Below the pieces are notes generated by a model, which saw only the letters and a program-made list of their open reading frames with translations, was not told the origin of the DNA and made no database searches. The translations under genes and the position numbers were made by a program. A DNA stretch of 63,972 nucleotides, the filler included, from Phoronis australis (Eukaryota; Animalia; Phoronida): assembly GCA_002633005.1 (NCBI GenBank). It is 10 parts of 10 records of this genome, joined end to end, with 100 filler letters (N's around TTAATTAATTAA, not from the genome) between each part and the next. Parts side by side here need not be neighbours in the genome. Positions count along the whole stretch, not along the records: positions 40,255 to 49,569 come from NMRA01000883.1; positions 49,670 to 56,901 come from NMRA01002050.1; 8 more parts are not named here. One strand, 5' to 3'. Within the stretch, counting starts at the first letter, position 1. Each line of letters begins with the position of its first letter. Below, piece after piece: positions 40,155 to 52,882 of the stretch.

Positions 40155-43100
40155 NNNNNNNNNNNNNNNNNNNNNNNNNNNNNNNNNNNNNNNNNNNNTT
40201 AATTAATTAANNNNNNNNNNNNNNNNNNNNNNNNNNNNNNNNNNNNNNNNNNNNCATGACATAATCAAAAATAAAAGAAGAGATTGAGCAATAAAATTCA
40301 AATGCGACTTGGGTATTTATTTATTTATTTATGATTGCAGAAGCCTGTTAAAGATGAGAAAAAATCAAACAATACGATTATGGGTAATTTATTAGAACAA
40401 TTGTATTGAGGTTCAATGATCAACTTGCGCCGACAAAGTCTCAAAGGGTTATAGTTCTGTTCTGGCTGACAAGGTGTTAACACAGAATGAAGAGAAACTG
40501 AAAAGAAAAAGTAAGACAGCAAAGATAAGTGGTGTTAAGTACAATAAGAGCAAAAAGTCAAATAAAGAGGTCACAAACAAAAATAAATAAGGTATATCTG
40601 GAACAAAACAATCCAGGGCTCAGCCGTGATTTATTTTCCAGAACTGAAATTCTAAATCGATTTTAAAAATCGATATCATACTAGTAAAGCAGTTTGTGGT
40701 TGAAGTAGAATTGCTGTATACCACTTTCCACTACTTTCTTGGCCTTTTTCTGTGTGGTTTACTGTTCTTTCAAAAGGCGGCAGCATATGACGACCAAAGG
40801 TGTCATTATAAAATGGCTGCTGAGAAGCAATGCACAGTTGAACAACTCGGCATAAGTAAAAGAAAACGTTTGAATCAACGAATACTATATATTTGTGAGA
40901 GTTAAATCAAATCCTATTCAGATCATAACTTTGAAGTGGAATGATTGGGTGAGTACGACAACAAGCCGGTTTTACGCTTAGGCGGACGACCTTTGGGTTC
41001 CCGAGTATATACATTAAATTATATCGTAACACTAATTAACAGGATGTACATTTTTTCTAAGAGTTTCCAATGCAATGACTTTGTGCGCTCACGATTTGTC
41101 AAATTGTGCAAGCACATCGCATAGTCTATAGCAGCAGCTCCATTCATTGTCTGATGATTGACTCATTGTTTGAGGGTTGAGAGACAGGTAATTGTTCTCG
41201 CTGTTGCTCAAAAAAAAATTACCATCACATGCACTGAAGTCAATGGTCTTTATAAACTCAGTGTCAGTGAACTGCAATGGTCTTTCACCTAGAATTTATG
41301 ATTCAGGAATGTGGGCAGAATCTTGACCAAGCACCTTGACCTACATTCTGCTACTGCTGACGTCACAGGGATGGGGTAACATTAGCCACAGGTCAAGAAA
41401 GTTCATGAACCAAAAAGTGTACCGGGAATGTCCCTGATGAGTGGCAATTTTGTGTGGAAAAGAAATACTTGTGTCCGACATTGAATCAACTCTTTACTTA
41501 AAACCCCTTTTGTAATAACTATTTATAACATATAAGAATTAAGATGAAAGCATTCAGAAAACTACGCTGTTGTGTTTGCTCTAAACCGCCTAAATCCGGT
41601 TAAACTGCGTATTCAATGATGTTACCTCGGTGATCAGGCGACCTAAATAAGTCGCTCAAATAAAGCAACTTTTGCTCTTCAATTGTTTAGTTTTTCAGCG
41701 AACTCATTGATCTGTAGTTGTCACAATGTTCACGAGATGAACGTCATGAAATAAATAATTTCACCATGTGGTAAATTTCAATTTCAACAATTTAAGTCTT
41801 GGAGTTCGGGCAAAACACGACTGAGAGAATTTTGCTATTTGACACGAAGTGAATAACGATGATAAAAAATAACCCTTTATGTCAAAAATGGATAAGGATC
41901 TGTGATAATTCACTTTTAGCTCATTTATATAATTTCCCTTGGTGTTCAATGAGATTAAACACTCTGTCCGCCAGGTACTTTTCAGTGAGAAGTTTGTGCC
42001 TATACGTAACTGCGCAATTCAGTTTTTTAGTTATGCACTGAGTCGAAATTCATGTTCCAATTTGTTGCCTACAGTGTTGCAAGTCTTTTTTGGGGAACCG
42101 TGTGTCTATTGACTGCCACCGCACTAGCTTCTAAAGCGGCTATAAACTCAATTTCCGCCCGGGATTTTGGCAACTCAGTTATCTACCATAATTTTTATTT
42201 GTGATAAAATCCAACCACCCATGTTTTTTAAAGTATGCTTGAATTATACACAGTGATGTACATGTTAGTTTTTATTATCTATGTACTTCCAACACTAAGG
42301 CAAAAGAGACTGGTTTCGATATATGATTATTTAAGGGCCGAAACACAGCTACTAAGATGCTACCATAAACATGTTGGTGGCCATGATTAATAACAGTTGA
42401 TTGTACATGTATAAACAAATAGTGAAGCACTGAGCTCATCATGCTACAACGGCGGTGTGGCGTCACCAGTTGTAGAATATAGGTCTAGTTGCTTGGTCAC
42501 GATTCTCAAGTCTGAGGAATGTGGGGCTTTGTTGCCGAAACTTTAATAGAATCTGCTACAAAAGAAGTAATTCGAATAAATTCTGAATGCCACATATTCA
42601 GCGAGTAACGATGCAATCTTTGGTGAGTTTGGGAGACTTGCTGTTAATATACAGATTTCCTGTTTTGATTTGTCATGATGTTGAGAACAAGGAAGTTAAT
42701 TTCCTTATCTCAGTTCATACAGAGGGTAAGTGACTGCTTCAGAAACCTGGCGCGAATGCAGAAGCTTTAATATGTAGCTTGATTTCGAGAAAGAATGTAA
42801 AACTTCATTGAATCTGAAAAATAATCTTTGTTATGCATGAAGGATCAAAGGCGGAAGGTTGTTCTTTCGTCACTGCCCTCACTGAGATTGAACAAGGAAG
42901 ATGTTAAGATCCCCAGAAAGTTGCGCCAACATATTTTTAATATAGCTTAGGTAAACGTAAAATTGAAGATGAATATAGCGCCATGCTGACTGTACACTAT
43001 GCACTGATATTAGAGAAAATTATACCGCGACATAATTATTCTAAGACCTGTGAGAAAAACTGTATCAGAATGAATGTTTCAGTCGAAATATTGGCGTGTA

Positions 43101-44324
43101 TTTATTGCAAGCTTTGCGCCTGAGGGAAATTGTGTCATGGCCATTATATTGTAAATAGTATTCTTGTGCGACTTTGTTGGGGATTTTTTTCAATTATACG
43201 CGTGATATAGAACGGGACCCTGAACTACACTTTTGAAATAAAAGGAATCTATAGATTCTTTAACATAGAACAAATTGCATCATTCACAGAAAACTGCCGT
43301 TACTGTATATTCACTGAAAATCAAACCAAAGGACAGACCAATTTCATAGTCCTGTCTTTTGAGAAAATATTATAGTTATTGAATTTCCATTCTTTTTGGT
43401 CGCTTAATGACTTATGAAGATTTTCGTCATTTCTGTTTCTCTTGCTAACCATGTAGGTTTGCAAAGGTTCTTTACAGATAAATATTTTGTTCGAACATCA
43501 TTAGAACAGCTCCTTTGAAATTCACGCAAAACTCTTTTTAAATGTGTTTTATTGTAGAACATTCATCGTGCCACCAATTTATCTGTTGCATGTTCGTTTT
43601 ATAAACATTTTGCGGCTATGCATATTCTAAGGTGGCTTCAGCAGCATGAGAGTATAAATTTACAAATTTGTGCATCCATTGGAAGATAGTGTATTGTGAC
43701 GGAAAATTCTCGCATCTGCTTTACTGCCCAGTACAACAAAAACAAAATAATACTTACGGCATTGAAACGATGTTCAAACTCTTAAAATTGTAGAACTGTT
43801 AGTATCGTTACTAGTGCTTTTAGCACAACTACTGCCCGACCGCACAACAGCCGACCCAGATTAGCAGACGACGTACATGTACTTGCCGGAAATAACACCA
43901 GGTAATTGGGCCAAAAGTCGTTAGTGAATAATGACGTAACGATGCGCGGATGAGCACAGATTTAGTCCTTGAAAGTGTATGGGGTTGGCGGACCATGTTC
44001 TATAGTCAATGGTTTCATCAATGTAGCGCAGCCTGCTCTATTTTCTCACGCCCAAATCCCCTTATGACAAGTGTCTGTGAAGACAAGGATGTCTACAGAG
44101 TCTAGAAAGCAAAAACCCACACTCACCCCAACCTCTACTTGAAAAGATTTAACTCATGTAAAATAGCGCAACTTTTTGGTAAATCGAGGTAGCGTGATAA
44201 ATCTCTTGGAAAGTAATGTATTAACTGAGTTTGTTTTTCGTGTAGGGTACTTGCCCAATTGTAAGTACGTGTTCATCAGACCAGTAAGCATTCTAATTAA
44301 TTTAGCTTTTCAAAGATGACTGTT

Positions 44325-45201
44325 CAGTGGCGGATCTTCATGTAGGATATCACAAGGGGGCCCAACAGTTTGTCCGGTTGTAAACATTTGCGCAAACCAC
44401 GATTGTAGATGCGTATAGCACCGANAGGAAAATTTTTCCTCTAAAAATCAGCATTTTCCTTGATTCCTGAAGTATTATCCAAGAATAAGAATAACACGGA
44501 GAACGTGTCAAACTGGAAAAAAATGCAAGAACCACAGACTCGAACTGGCGACCTGGCGGATAGAGCGTGGGTGCTTTACTACTACACCACCACAGTTTAA
44601 CTACTAAATATTTACTAAAAAAACTGCTTGTTTATAGTCCACAGCATTTGCGCGCGAAACCAACTTCTTTTGGTATGCTTGTTACACGTTTTATATTTTG
44701 TGCAATCGGTTCTTAACAAATTTGTTCTATTTAAAATATTCTTCAAATGCCCAAAAGACCAAATCCGTTTTTCGTGTTGGCAATAATCACGGGATTGCTT
44801 TGAAAATCGTCTTAAGTTAAGGTTTGACAAAGAGAGAATTATGAGTTTCTGAGTGATTCACTAAGGCCTCGATTAAAATTCACATCTTACCAGCAGCTTC
44901 TGTTTTTACATCGTCAATCAGGTTCCATTTTCCTTAAAAAATGAAGTAAATTTTCTCCATTGCACAGTGGGATATCGCGGGAGAGCCTATAGGTAGCCAT
45001 AGTTCCGATACGAATTTGACACTTGAAATTTGATCTGAGCCACCCCCCCCCCAAACGCTAAAACTGAACACATTCAAATCTTGTTTCATCCGTATAATTT
45101 TAATTACCGGGGTTAGTTAATTAACTCAACATTTGTCTACGCTCTTGGTGTTTTTTGCGGCAACCAAGGGGGGACTTGCACCCCCCTTAAATCCGCCTGT
45201 G
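44325..45201 (+). mobile_element. Complete 877-bp hAT-like MITE with 5-bp TSD CTGTT
   Basis: Imperfect TIR CAGTGGCGGATCT / AAATCCGCCTGTG. CTGTT at 44320-44324 and 45202-45206. Same family as 15935-16887. Confidence 0.88.
44517..44596 (-). promoter_or_regulatory. tRNA-like A box/B box unit with oligo-T terminator inside the MITE (homologue at 16168-16253)
   Basis: Minus strand reads TGGTGTAGTAG...AGTTCGAGTCT, D-stem GTGT/GCAC pairs, and T7 lies about 12 nt after the B box. Confidence 0.6.
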
Positions 45202-45327
45202 CTGTTTGGGTATTTTAAGTGAGGATGAGCATGAGTTGATGTCCGCGACGGCAGGTTTGATCGGCCTCTCTCCGCTTTAAAGGTAATGGTTGCTACTTTT
45301 TTCAATAACTCTGATTTTGGTTCGCAG

Positions 45328-45471
45328 CCACAAGATCGTACGATTGTGACTTTGAGATTGACTTGTGCACTTGGACCCAATCCCAGGATGACGACTTTAA
45401 CTGGACGAGAGGACAGGGTGCTACAAAGTCAGCATATACTGGGCCATTTGCTGACCACACCACCGGCACAG
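45328..45471 (+). CDS. MAM-domain protein exon (144 bp, phase 1-1), domain N-terminus
   Basis: [47 protein letters not shown]; cgcag acceptor and gtcagt donor. This frame is not shown in the ORF track. Confidence 0.93.
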
Positions 45472-45732
45472 GTCAGTGATTATTATGTACATGTACTGTT
45501 CTCAGTCACATATAAGTTAGAATGCGGTACAGGCGATTCCATTATCAGCACTCGCACTAGGTGCTACTTGCAAAGATATAGTACAGTGCATGGTGCATAC
45601 ATAAACATTGAAAAAACAAAAGTAATGAAGAAATCCAGAGCTAAAATGTCTCTATACATGTACGTGCTCTGACTGTAGAAAGTCGCAAAAATTTATTAAA
45701 CCTTACAGTTAAAACCGTGTATTTTATTTCAG

Positions 45733-46004
45733 ACCAAGGCTGGTACCTGTTTATAGAGACCTCCTGGCCGCGACAGGAGGCAGACAATGCCTTGCTGGTC
45801 AGTGACACCGTGCCGGACACCCAGCTGCGATGTCTAAACTTTTATTATTTAATGTACGGAGACGACATCGATACCCTCAACGTGTTTATTCGACAACAGG
45901 GTACCACTGCTTTTGGTTTGCCTGTTTGGACAAGATACGGGAATCAGGGCCAGAAATGGACATTTGGTCAAGTGCAGTTAGTGCCTGAGGGCCCAAACTA
46001 TCAG
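45733..46004 (+). CDS. MAM-domain protein exon (272 bp), domain core
   Basis: DQGWYLFIETSWPRQEADNALLVS...CLNFYYLMYGDDIDTLNV...VWTRYGNQGQKW; atttcag acceptor and gtaaat donor. Confidence 0.93.
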
Positions 46005-46394
46005 GTAAATTTATTCAACAAAAAATGTAAAAAACACTCATTTTAATAATGTAATTAATAGGCTGATTATTGGGATTGTTCTAAAACCCCCTCGGCCCCA
46101 ATACCCCACGACCCCCCCATATTACGTCGCTGAATGACTTTCCCATACGTCTTACCTACATGCAAAACTTCTTTGGCTCAAATCTGGTGGTTAAATACAA
46201 AAAGTAGCTTAAGTAAATTGTCTGAAATAGCGATTTGTGAGCTGGCTATCGTTGCCACGGAAATAGTTACACGAGCTGTTACCAAGGAGTACGTTAACGT
46301 GAATTGACGTATTTTCACATTTTTATTATTTGCTTTATCTTGAATAATCGTTAACAACATATATTATGTAATGCTGAGGTAATTTTATTTACAG

Positions 46395-46472
46395 ATTGTT
46401 TTTAAATCTGTATTTTCTGACGAAATTATATATAAATTCGCCGCTTCCTCGTGCTCTCCTAAAAAAACTTGA
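46395..46472 (+). CDS. Candidate next MAM exon, apparently truncated
   Basis: tttacag acceptor, in-frame IVFKSVFSD (like IVFEAV), then no GDIAIDD motif before TGA. Confidence 0.45.
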   Translation: MVFKSVFSDEIIYKFAASSCSPKKT

Positions 46473-49259
46473 ATCTGCCATTCACTAAACAGCGGACAAG
46501 ACGACTACACTTTGCCGGGGACGACATTTGTAACGTTGGTAGGTCTTTGGTTTGATTTTGTCGAGTTGTTTTTTTTCTGTTTTGGGCTTTCGAACTTGCC
46601 GAATCGACCCTCTTGACTGCAAAAATAAAAACAAAACAAAAAAAAACAGTGAAGAGCCAGCCGAGCTTACGGCTCGACTCGTTGTTGGTTCTTGAAATCA
46701 GTGCTTGTTCTATGTTCAGATCCAGTGGGGCGTGTGTAGGCTGGGTCATGGGGTTGTTGGTCCTGGGTCGACGGGGTTGTTGTCGTGGGTCCAGGGTCGA
46801 GTGTCGAGAGGGTTGTTTACTGAGGGAGTCATGGAATGTGGGGGTCTAGGGGTCTTAGAACAATTCGATTTATCATTAAGAATCGCTTGTGTTTTCTTAT
46901 GTCTTACGAACAGTAAATTAGCGTAAGAGTTTATATGTACATGTATGTCGGATCTTAATTTAATTTCTGATTGTTTATTCGGCAAATTACCTACAAACTT
47001 TAACTCAGTTAAAGTATGCATATATTAATGTAGAGTGGGGTTTTTAGCTTGATATCATTCTTCCATTATTAAGGTCTTGCACGCATGTACATGTAGCTTT
47101 AGTAAAATTTGGCAAAAAGAAAGGTTTAAAAAGCGCCATAGAAATTTCTGAATTTTGCTTGATGTATGTTTCAAAATGAAAAATCAAAAACGTTGTCACA
47201 GCTTTATGAGTGATCATTTCGTTTTCGTTATGTGCTGCATTTAGAACACCACAAAAGACATATTCTTTCTAACCACTCTTCAAAAAGGAATTATTGGAAA
47301 AACAATCCTTACAGTCTTTTTGTTTGAAACATTCATTTAAATCCGATAGCCAATTTTGGGACGTGGTTTTTCGAAGCCGTCCAAATTCCGTCATTTTTCA
47401 ACACAACATTAAATACGGAGTAAAACGGCCAATGGGCATTAAAATATGTGTATTATTTCTCAACACAAGTGTGTCATCTCTTTTTTCACTCCTGACCTTA
47501 CCTGATTACGCTAATTACTATCGTACGACCCCATCAGAAACCACAGTTAGCGCCGAACAAAAACGTTAAGTGGTGCTCGTGCTAATGAAATCATCTTTGT
47601 GAAGCAAGACGTGCACTCCATTGTCACAAGCAAACTTACCATGCGGTGACGGGTGCAGATTTCAAATCTCAGAATTTCCAAATTAACTATAAGAGATAAC
47701 AAAACCGTTTAATTAAATCCACAGATCTCGACGGTTCCACTTGCATTAAAATAATGTCGCGCGGAGTTGCAGTGCCACGATAGCGTGGCGTCTTCACTGA
47801 AACCCGCAGGAAAGTATAAACGATTGAGGTGTTGGCAATTATCAATGAATAAAAAGGTCCAAGAAAATTAGGGCAACGAATACGTGGTTACTTTTTAAAA
47901 TTCCATTCCATGTGAAAGACCAATTACAAGGCGTTCTATTGTTTGACGTCAGGTAAATTTGGCGTCCCTGTCATAACAAAGCTTTTGTCAATGCGTGCCT
48001 CTAAAATGTACACAAAGCCGTGCTGCCCGTCGTTCATATGGGGGGTTTGTAAGTACACCCTTTCACGATGTTGAGTTCAATGAATTTGTCACAAGTCGAC
48101 GATTTTTCTAATCGGTGACGTTCCTTGAGCAAAGTATTTAATTTTTTACAGTCCGTGTAGGCTACAAGCTGTTCAGGCTGCTGTTAGTACGGTAATGAGC
48201 TGGTCACAAAGATGAGAGGATATCCTCATGGGGGCACTGGGGGCATAAATGTGTAGTAATTAATTGGTGATTTTGTGGAAAAAAACGAAACAAAGTAATC
48301 TTGCACAAATGTACATGTATTTAAAATATCAAAAAGGCAGTTGGCCCATTTTACGCTGTCTTTAACAAACTGGCATTGGGTTTCTGTTATGTTGTCGATG
48401 ACAACGTGGGCTATATTTCACAGTAGCTGTCTTCCGAAATAGCTGCGCACTATTGAAAACTACTAACTTGCCAGACGGTGATCAGATCTTTGGGGGACAG
48501 ACCTTCAGAGCTTTCTTTAGAGCCCATGTAATGTGTACTAGAGGTTTCAACCCAGAGGTATGAACATCGTTTTAACACCTTTCCTGCTGTTCCTGTGCCG
48601 GTAAATTTCCACTGCTGGGCGATGGGATGTACCGTACACATTCTTCACGGAAGAAAGAAGACCTCTTGAAATATCAGCTGATGAGCAAGGACGTCCTGTT
48701 CCATGTACTTCCCACAGCGAAGATTCAACGGTGGCTAAGGCAGTTGCTGCCGCTAATATAGCTGGCGAATTTCAGTCGTAGACGCTGCCAAATAGCTAAA
48801 TGATTTAAACAATGGGACACTGCCTGACAATGGAATTTACTCCTCTCTGCATGATTCATGAACCACCATATACATTTAGTAATTGAATTTGTGTCCACCA
48901 AATCTGATTCGGGACCAATCGGAAAACACTTTCGTGCTCTGATTACGTAACTCAGGTATCATCTTCAACGAAGACCTTAAATTTTTACTTTTAATGTTAG
49001 ATCAATCTGCCAATGGTTAGATAGAAATGTTTTTAAATAAAATTGTAATACGTAGCGTACGCTCGGAACAAACAAGGCAGTCAAAATCACGTTCATTCGA
49101 TACAATATTCGTCATTTTCCCTACGACGCTATAATGTAGTGTTCGGTTTGTAAACTCAGATTGTGTTTGGCGGCCTGACAAAAATCCAGAGTCACCACGA
49201 AATCGCCACCGCGAGTATAAAAATCAGACACTGATTCGCCTAAAAGTCATTAAAAAATA

Positions 49260-49569
49260 TTTTTTTTTTTTTTTCACTGTGATATATATTTATTGAAGGA
49301 TACACAGAACATACAAAGAAATAATAACAAACCCAGAAACCGCGAAGCATTATATCTGGGTTGTAAACAATTCATAAATGAAACTTATATACATAGAGAT
49401 ATATACAATTAAGTAGTATCTAAAATAAGTATTCCAATACTTAGACATGCTATTACAGATATATAAAAACAAAAATATTTACAGATTCATGTAGGGAAAT
49501 CAGATGCAACAATATTGATAAACGGTATATAAAAATTTGCTAACGTTGCTTAGGAGGAATTCGTTAAGA
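49260..49569 (-). mobile_element. Probable 3' end of a polyadenylated retroposed sequence
   Basis: Minus strand has AATAAA about 13 nt before an A15 run. Upstream sequence runs into the spacer. Confidence 0.4.
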
Positions 49570-49669
49570 NNNNNNNNNNNNNNNNNNNNNNNNNNNNNNN
49601 NNNNNNNNNNNNNTTAATTAATTAANNNNNNNNNNNNNNNNNNNNNNNNNNNNNNNNNNNNNNNNNNNN

Positions 49670-49880
49670 GACAGTCAGTGTATCTGCCTGAACACAGTCT
49701 GTGACAGTCATTGTGTCTGCCTGAACACAGTCTGTGACAGTCAGTGTATCTGCTTGAACAGTCTGTGACAGTCAATGTATCTGTCTGAACACAGTCTGTG
49801 ACAGTCAGTGTATCTGCCTGAACACAGTCTGTGACAGTCATTGTGTCCGCTTGAACTCAGCCTGTGACAGTCATTGTGTC
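49670..49880. repeat. 33-bp minisatellite, about 6.5 visible copies
   Basis: Unit GACAGTCAGTGTATCTGCCTGAACACAGTCTGT. Confidence 0.95.
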
Positions 49881-50280
49881 AGCTCAATGGAGATCAATGC
49901 AGACACAAGAGGCTGGTCTTTTGTTGAGCTGTATATATTCCTTTCTGTGGTTGCTGCAGAGTTCAGTAAGATTAGGGTACCACTGATAGGTGCTTATCTC
50001 ATCAAAAGGTTCTCAATGTCATTGCATTGCATTTAACCACTTAGAATTTTTAAGATACTCATTCTCTTGGATTACAGTTATTTGCTGCAAAACTGAAAAC
50101 CCAGAATACCTCCTCCATGAACAAGGGTAACAAAAATTGTAAACACCGTATATCCCTTGCATGACGTTTATAAAAAAAGCTGTAAACACAATATTCTCCC
50201 TTCGTGATATAGGGTAAATAAAACTTAAACATGGTACACCCTTCAATGCTGTAGCCAGTAAATAAAACTGTTAACACTAC

Positions 50281-50405
50281 CTTCTCCATGATGTAGGGTA
50301 AATAAAACGAGTGACAAGATGCATATGTCCTGTTGCCATAGAGATCAGTAAATACCAAGCTGTGGGTGGTGTCTTCCCAGCATTTCTCACGAATAAATGC
50401 ACCCT
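50281..50405 (-). CDS. DENND3: DENND3-like Rab GEF, coding exon 4 (uDENN)
   Basis: EGAFIREKCWEDTTHSLVFTDLYGNRTYASCHSFYLPYIMEK resembles DENND3 EDCVHFLVLTDVCGNRTYG as recalled; canonical AG/GT; 125 bp. Confidence 0.8.
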
Positions 50406-51947
50406 CTGAAATTGAACCGAGAATCAAAAATACAACTCAAAACAATAAGAAACAATCAAAAATAAAGAGCTAAAATCATGTCAGAAGTGAGATACTCACA
50501 AGCATTAGAATACTTTAGTTCTAAGGCAAAAATATATGAAATTGATACACAACCATTACATTTATGTATTTAATGAAACTCAATTAAATAAGAAATAATA
50601 ATTTGTAGTATTCTATACAACTTCTTAAAGCAGCAGAGTGATGTACAATTGTTAATGGACACTCACACAAACTCACAGGCGTGTGTGAGTCAGTTATAAG
50701 CTCACAATACTGACAAGAAATAGATACAAGTGAATTATTACATATTAAACAAATTATCAACAGACCAAAAACAACTTTTACAAATTTGGTATGGCCGAGA
50801 TATCAAAAAAATAATAGTCAAGTACTAGTAAACACAAATACCATAAGGTATCTGATGTAATTATTCCGCGAATGCTTGGTTATCAACATGCATATTTGGG
50901 CTTTTACATTTGAAGGGGCAAATGACAGCTTTGTCCAAATTTCTTCTTAATTTGTCTGATTTCTTTCCTAACATGCTCAATACAAAACAACGCAAAATTA
51001 ATTTCATTAAGTTGGAGAATACCAGAATGGCCATTTTACATAATTACTCATTAAGTGTAGAGATAGGTCAACAGTAATATAAACAAGGCAGACTGTAAAT
51101 CTTGATAAAGCCCAGAATCAAATCTTGGTGGCATGAGTGGCCAGTGGACACCATGAACACTACAGTCTAGCTATGAAAAAATTGAAGGGAAGAGATTGGT
51201 AGTGTTTAAAAGAAAAATTCAGAATCTTTTGCCAACCTGTGACTTAATTAGATCCACTTAGACAAAAGTTCAAAATTCAATCAAAAAGGATAATTATTCT
51301 GGTTCTAGTCGCTATCAAACCTACTGCTGGAATGACAAGAACTATAACGATTATTAATAAATAATGAAGACGACATTTAATGAAGAATTGTCACTCCCAA
51401 CTCAGTCACCACAAAGTATATGTGCACACCCAGTGCTATTCTCCATTTACCAGTTATCAGTGTATGCTTGGTTTAAGTAATGGAATTAGCAGATTCTGGG
51501 ACGGCCTGATAACATTTAGATAATACGCGGTGATGGTCAGAAAACAATGGTCCAGTTGACATTGTCAAATCTAACAAAGGACTGACTGAAATTAGAGGAT
51601 GGTTTCACTGTATGCCAGTCACGGCTCACTGCACTCAAGAGGGATAGCAATGGTCATGAGTCATCTGTGGCGAGATGAACTTTGACCCTGGTGACATCCC
51701 AGTAGTGAAACTTCAGTACACGCCAAAAATAATCAGAAAAAATGACCCAGAATTCCATGTCAAGACGGTTGAGCGCAAAAGGAATTCCCAGTCACAATGA
51801 CACAGGGTACAAGAGGCTAGATCGAACTGTAATAAGGAAATGGTATTTTGTCCGATTACTTGACATGTACAGTGGCAATGACTACTTTTTTGCAGACATT
51901 GCACAGAGGTTCTGCCCACTCATGATCTCATTATAGTATCAACATAC

Positions 51948-52143
51948 CTGGGAAGCAGAAATGTGGAAGGTTGTTAATCGTCTCAGTCAAGACGGGGAGC
52001 TCAGGTGGTTTTGACGAGATTGAGCGATAGTTGATCGTTTTGCGTAGTATATTTGAACCCAGGGCATGGAAGGACTTGCCCCTGGACACACGTTTCTTAT
52101 CACTAGGATACGAAGTGTGATGTAACTTCCTGCTGGGAGACAC
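51948..52143 (-). CDS. DENND3: DENND3-like, coding exon 3
   Basis: VSPSRKL...ETINNLPHFCFP (uDENN FCFP motif); 196 bp, phase 0-1, joins the next exon as FCFPEG. Confidence 0.8.
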
Positions 52144-52693
52144 CTGCAATAATAGATCAATTAACTTCCTTAAACTTCACAACTACTTTAATTTCCGACC
52201 AATAACAGACAAAATGTGACAGACTGACAAACTGGTAAAAACACGTGGAAGTTCATTCTACGGTAAAACTTGCATGAGTAGGATCCAACCAGACTGAGAG
52301 ATTTTTTCCAAGTCGATTTTGTAAAGGACTAGAACAATCTTACTACAAAACTTTGGTCAGGTTAAGCAACAATCTGACTTATTCAAGCTTTAGTGTATTA
52401 TCTCAGGAACTAGCAGTTGCGTTTAGAGACTGCATTTTTGCTCTAGTGAGATTTAATCATTATTCAAAAATAATTGTGTGGAGCGCAAGACCAAATTTCT
52501 GAGCTAAGTCTTAAGTCTCTTTTCATGAAACAGAACCCTGATTGAGGATGGAGATAATTTTCTAACATGGCATGGAGAGGCTTGAAGCATAGATTGTGTG
52601 GTTGAGTTACCTGGTTATTTCATAATTTGTATGAAAGCTACTCGTCACAAGAAAAATCAAGTAAAACAGAAAGAAATGTTGTCAAAACCAAAC

Positions 52694-52882
52694 CTCAGAG
52701 ACTCGATACTTTGGATCAGATAGGCCGCGTCTGTAGCCCTTATTGTCTTGTTTGAGGGCGGGAGGGTAATTGCTGTCAAAGTTAGGGAAGGCTTGTGGTA
52801 AACTGGCTGCCAATGAGGATATGGCGGCCAGAACTTGCGTCTCACACTGTCTGAAGATGGAGCTGCTTGAACCATTGTCAAC
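52694..52882 (-). CDS. DENND3: DENND3-like, coding exon 2
   Basis: 189-bp open exon VDNGSSSSIFRQCETQVLAAISS...DPKYRVSE; cattag acceptor and gtttgg donor; phase 0-0. Confidence 0.72.

Noticed and set aside
40696-40905. Signal-peptide-like ORF as first exon of the MAM gene
   Set aside because: It starts at GTG, has no suitable ATG before the hydrophobic stretch, and has no compatible donor.
41433-41465. CTGATGA...GAAA as a canonical hammerhead
   Set aside because: The intervening sequence cannot form stem II, and no stem I or III is evident.
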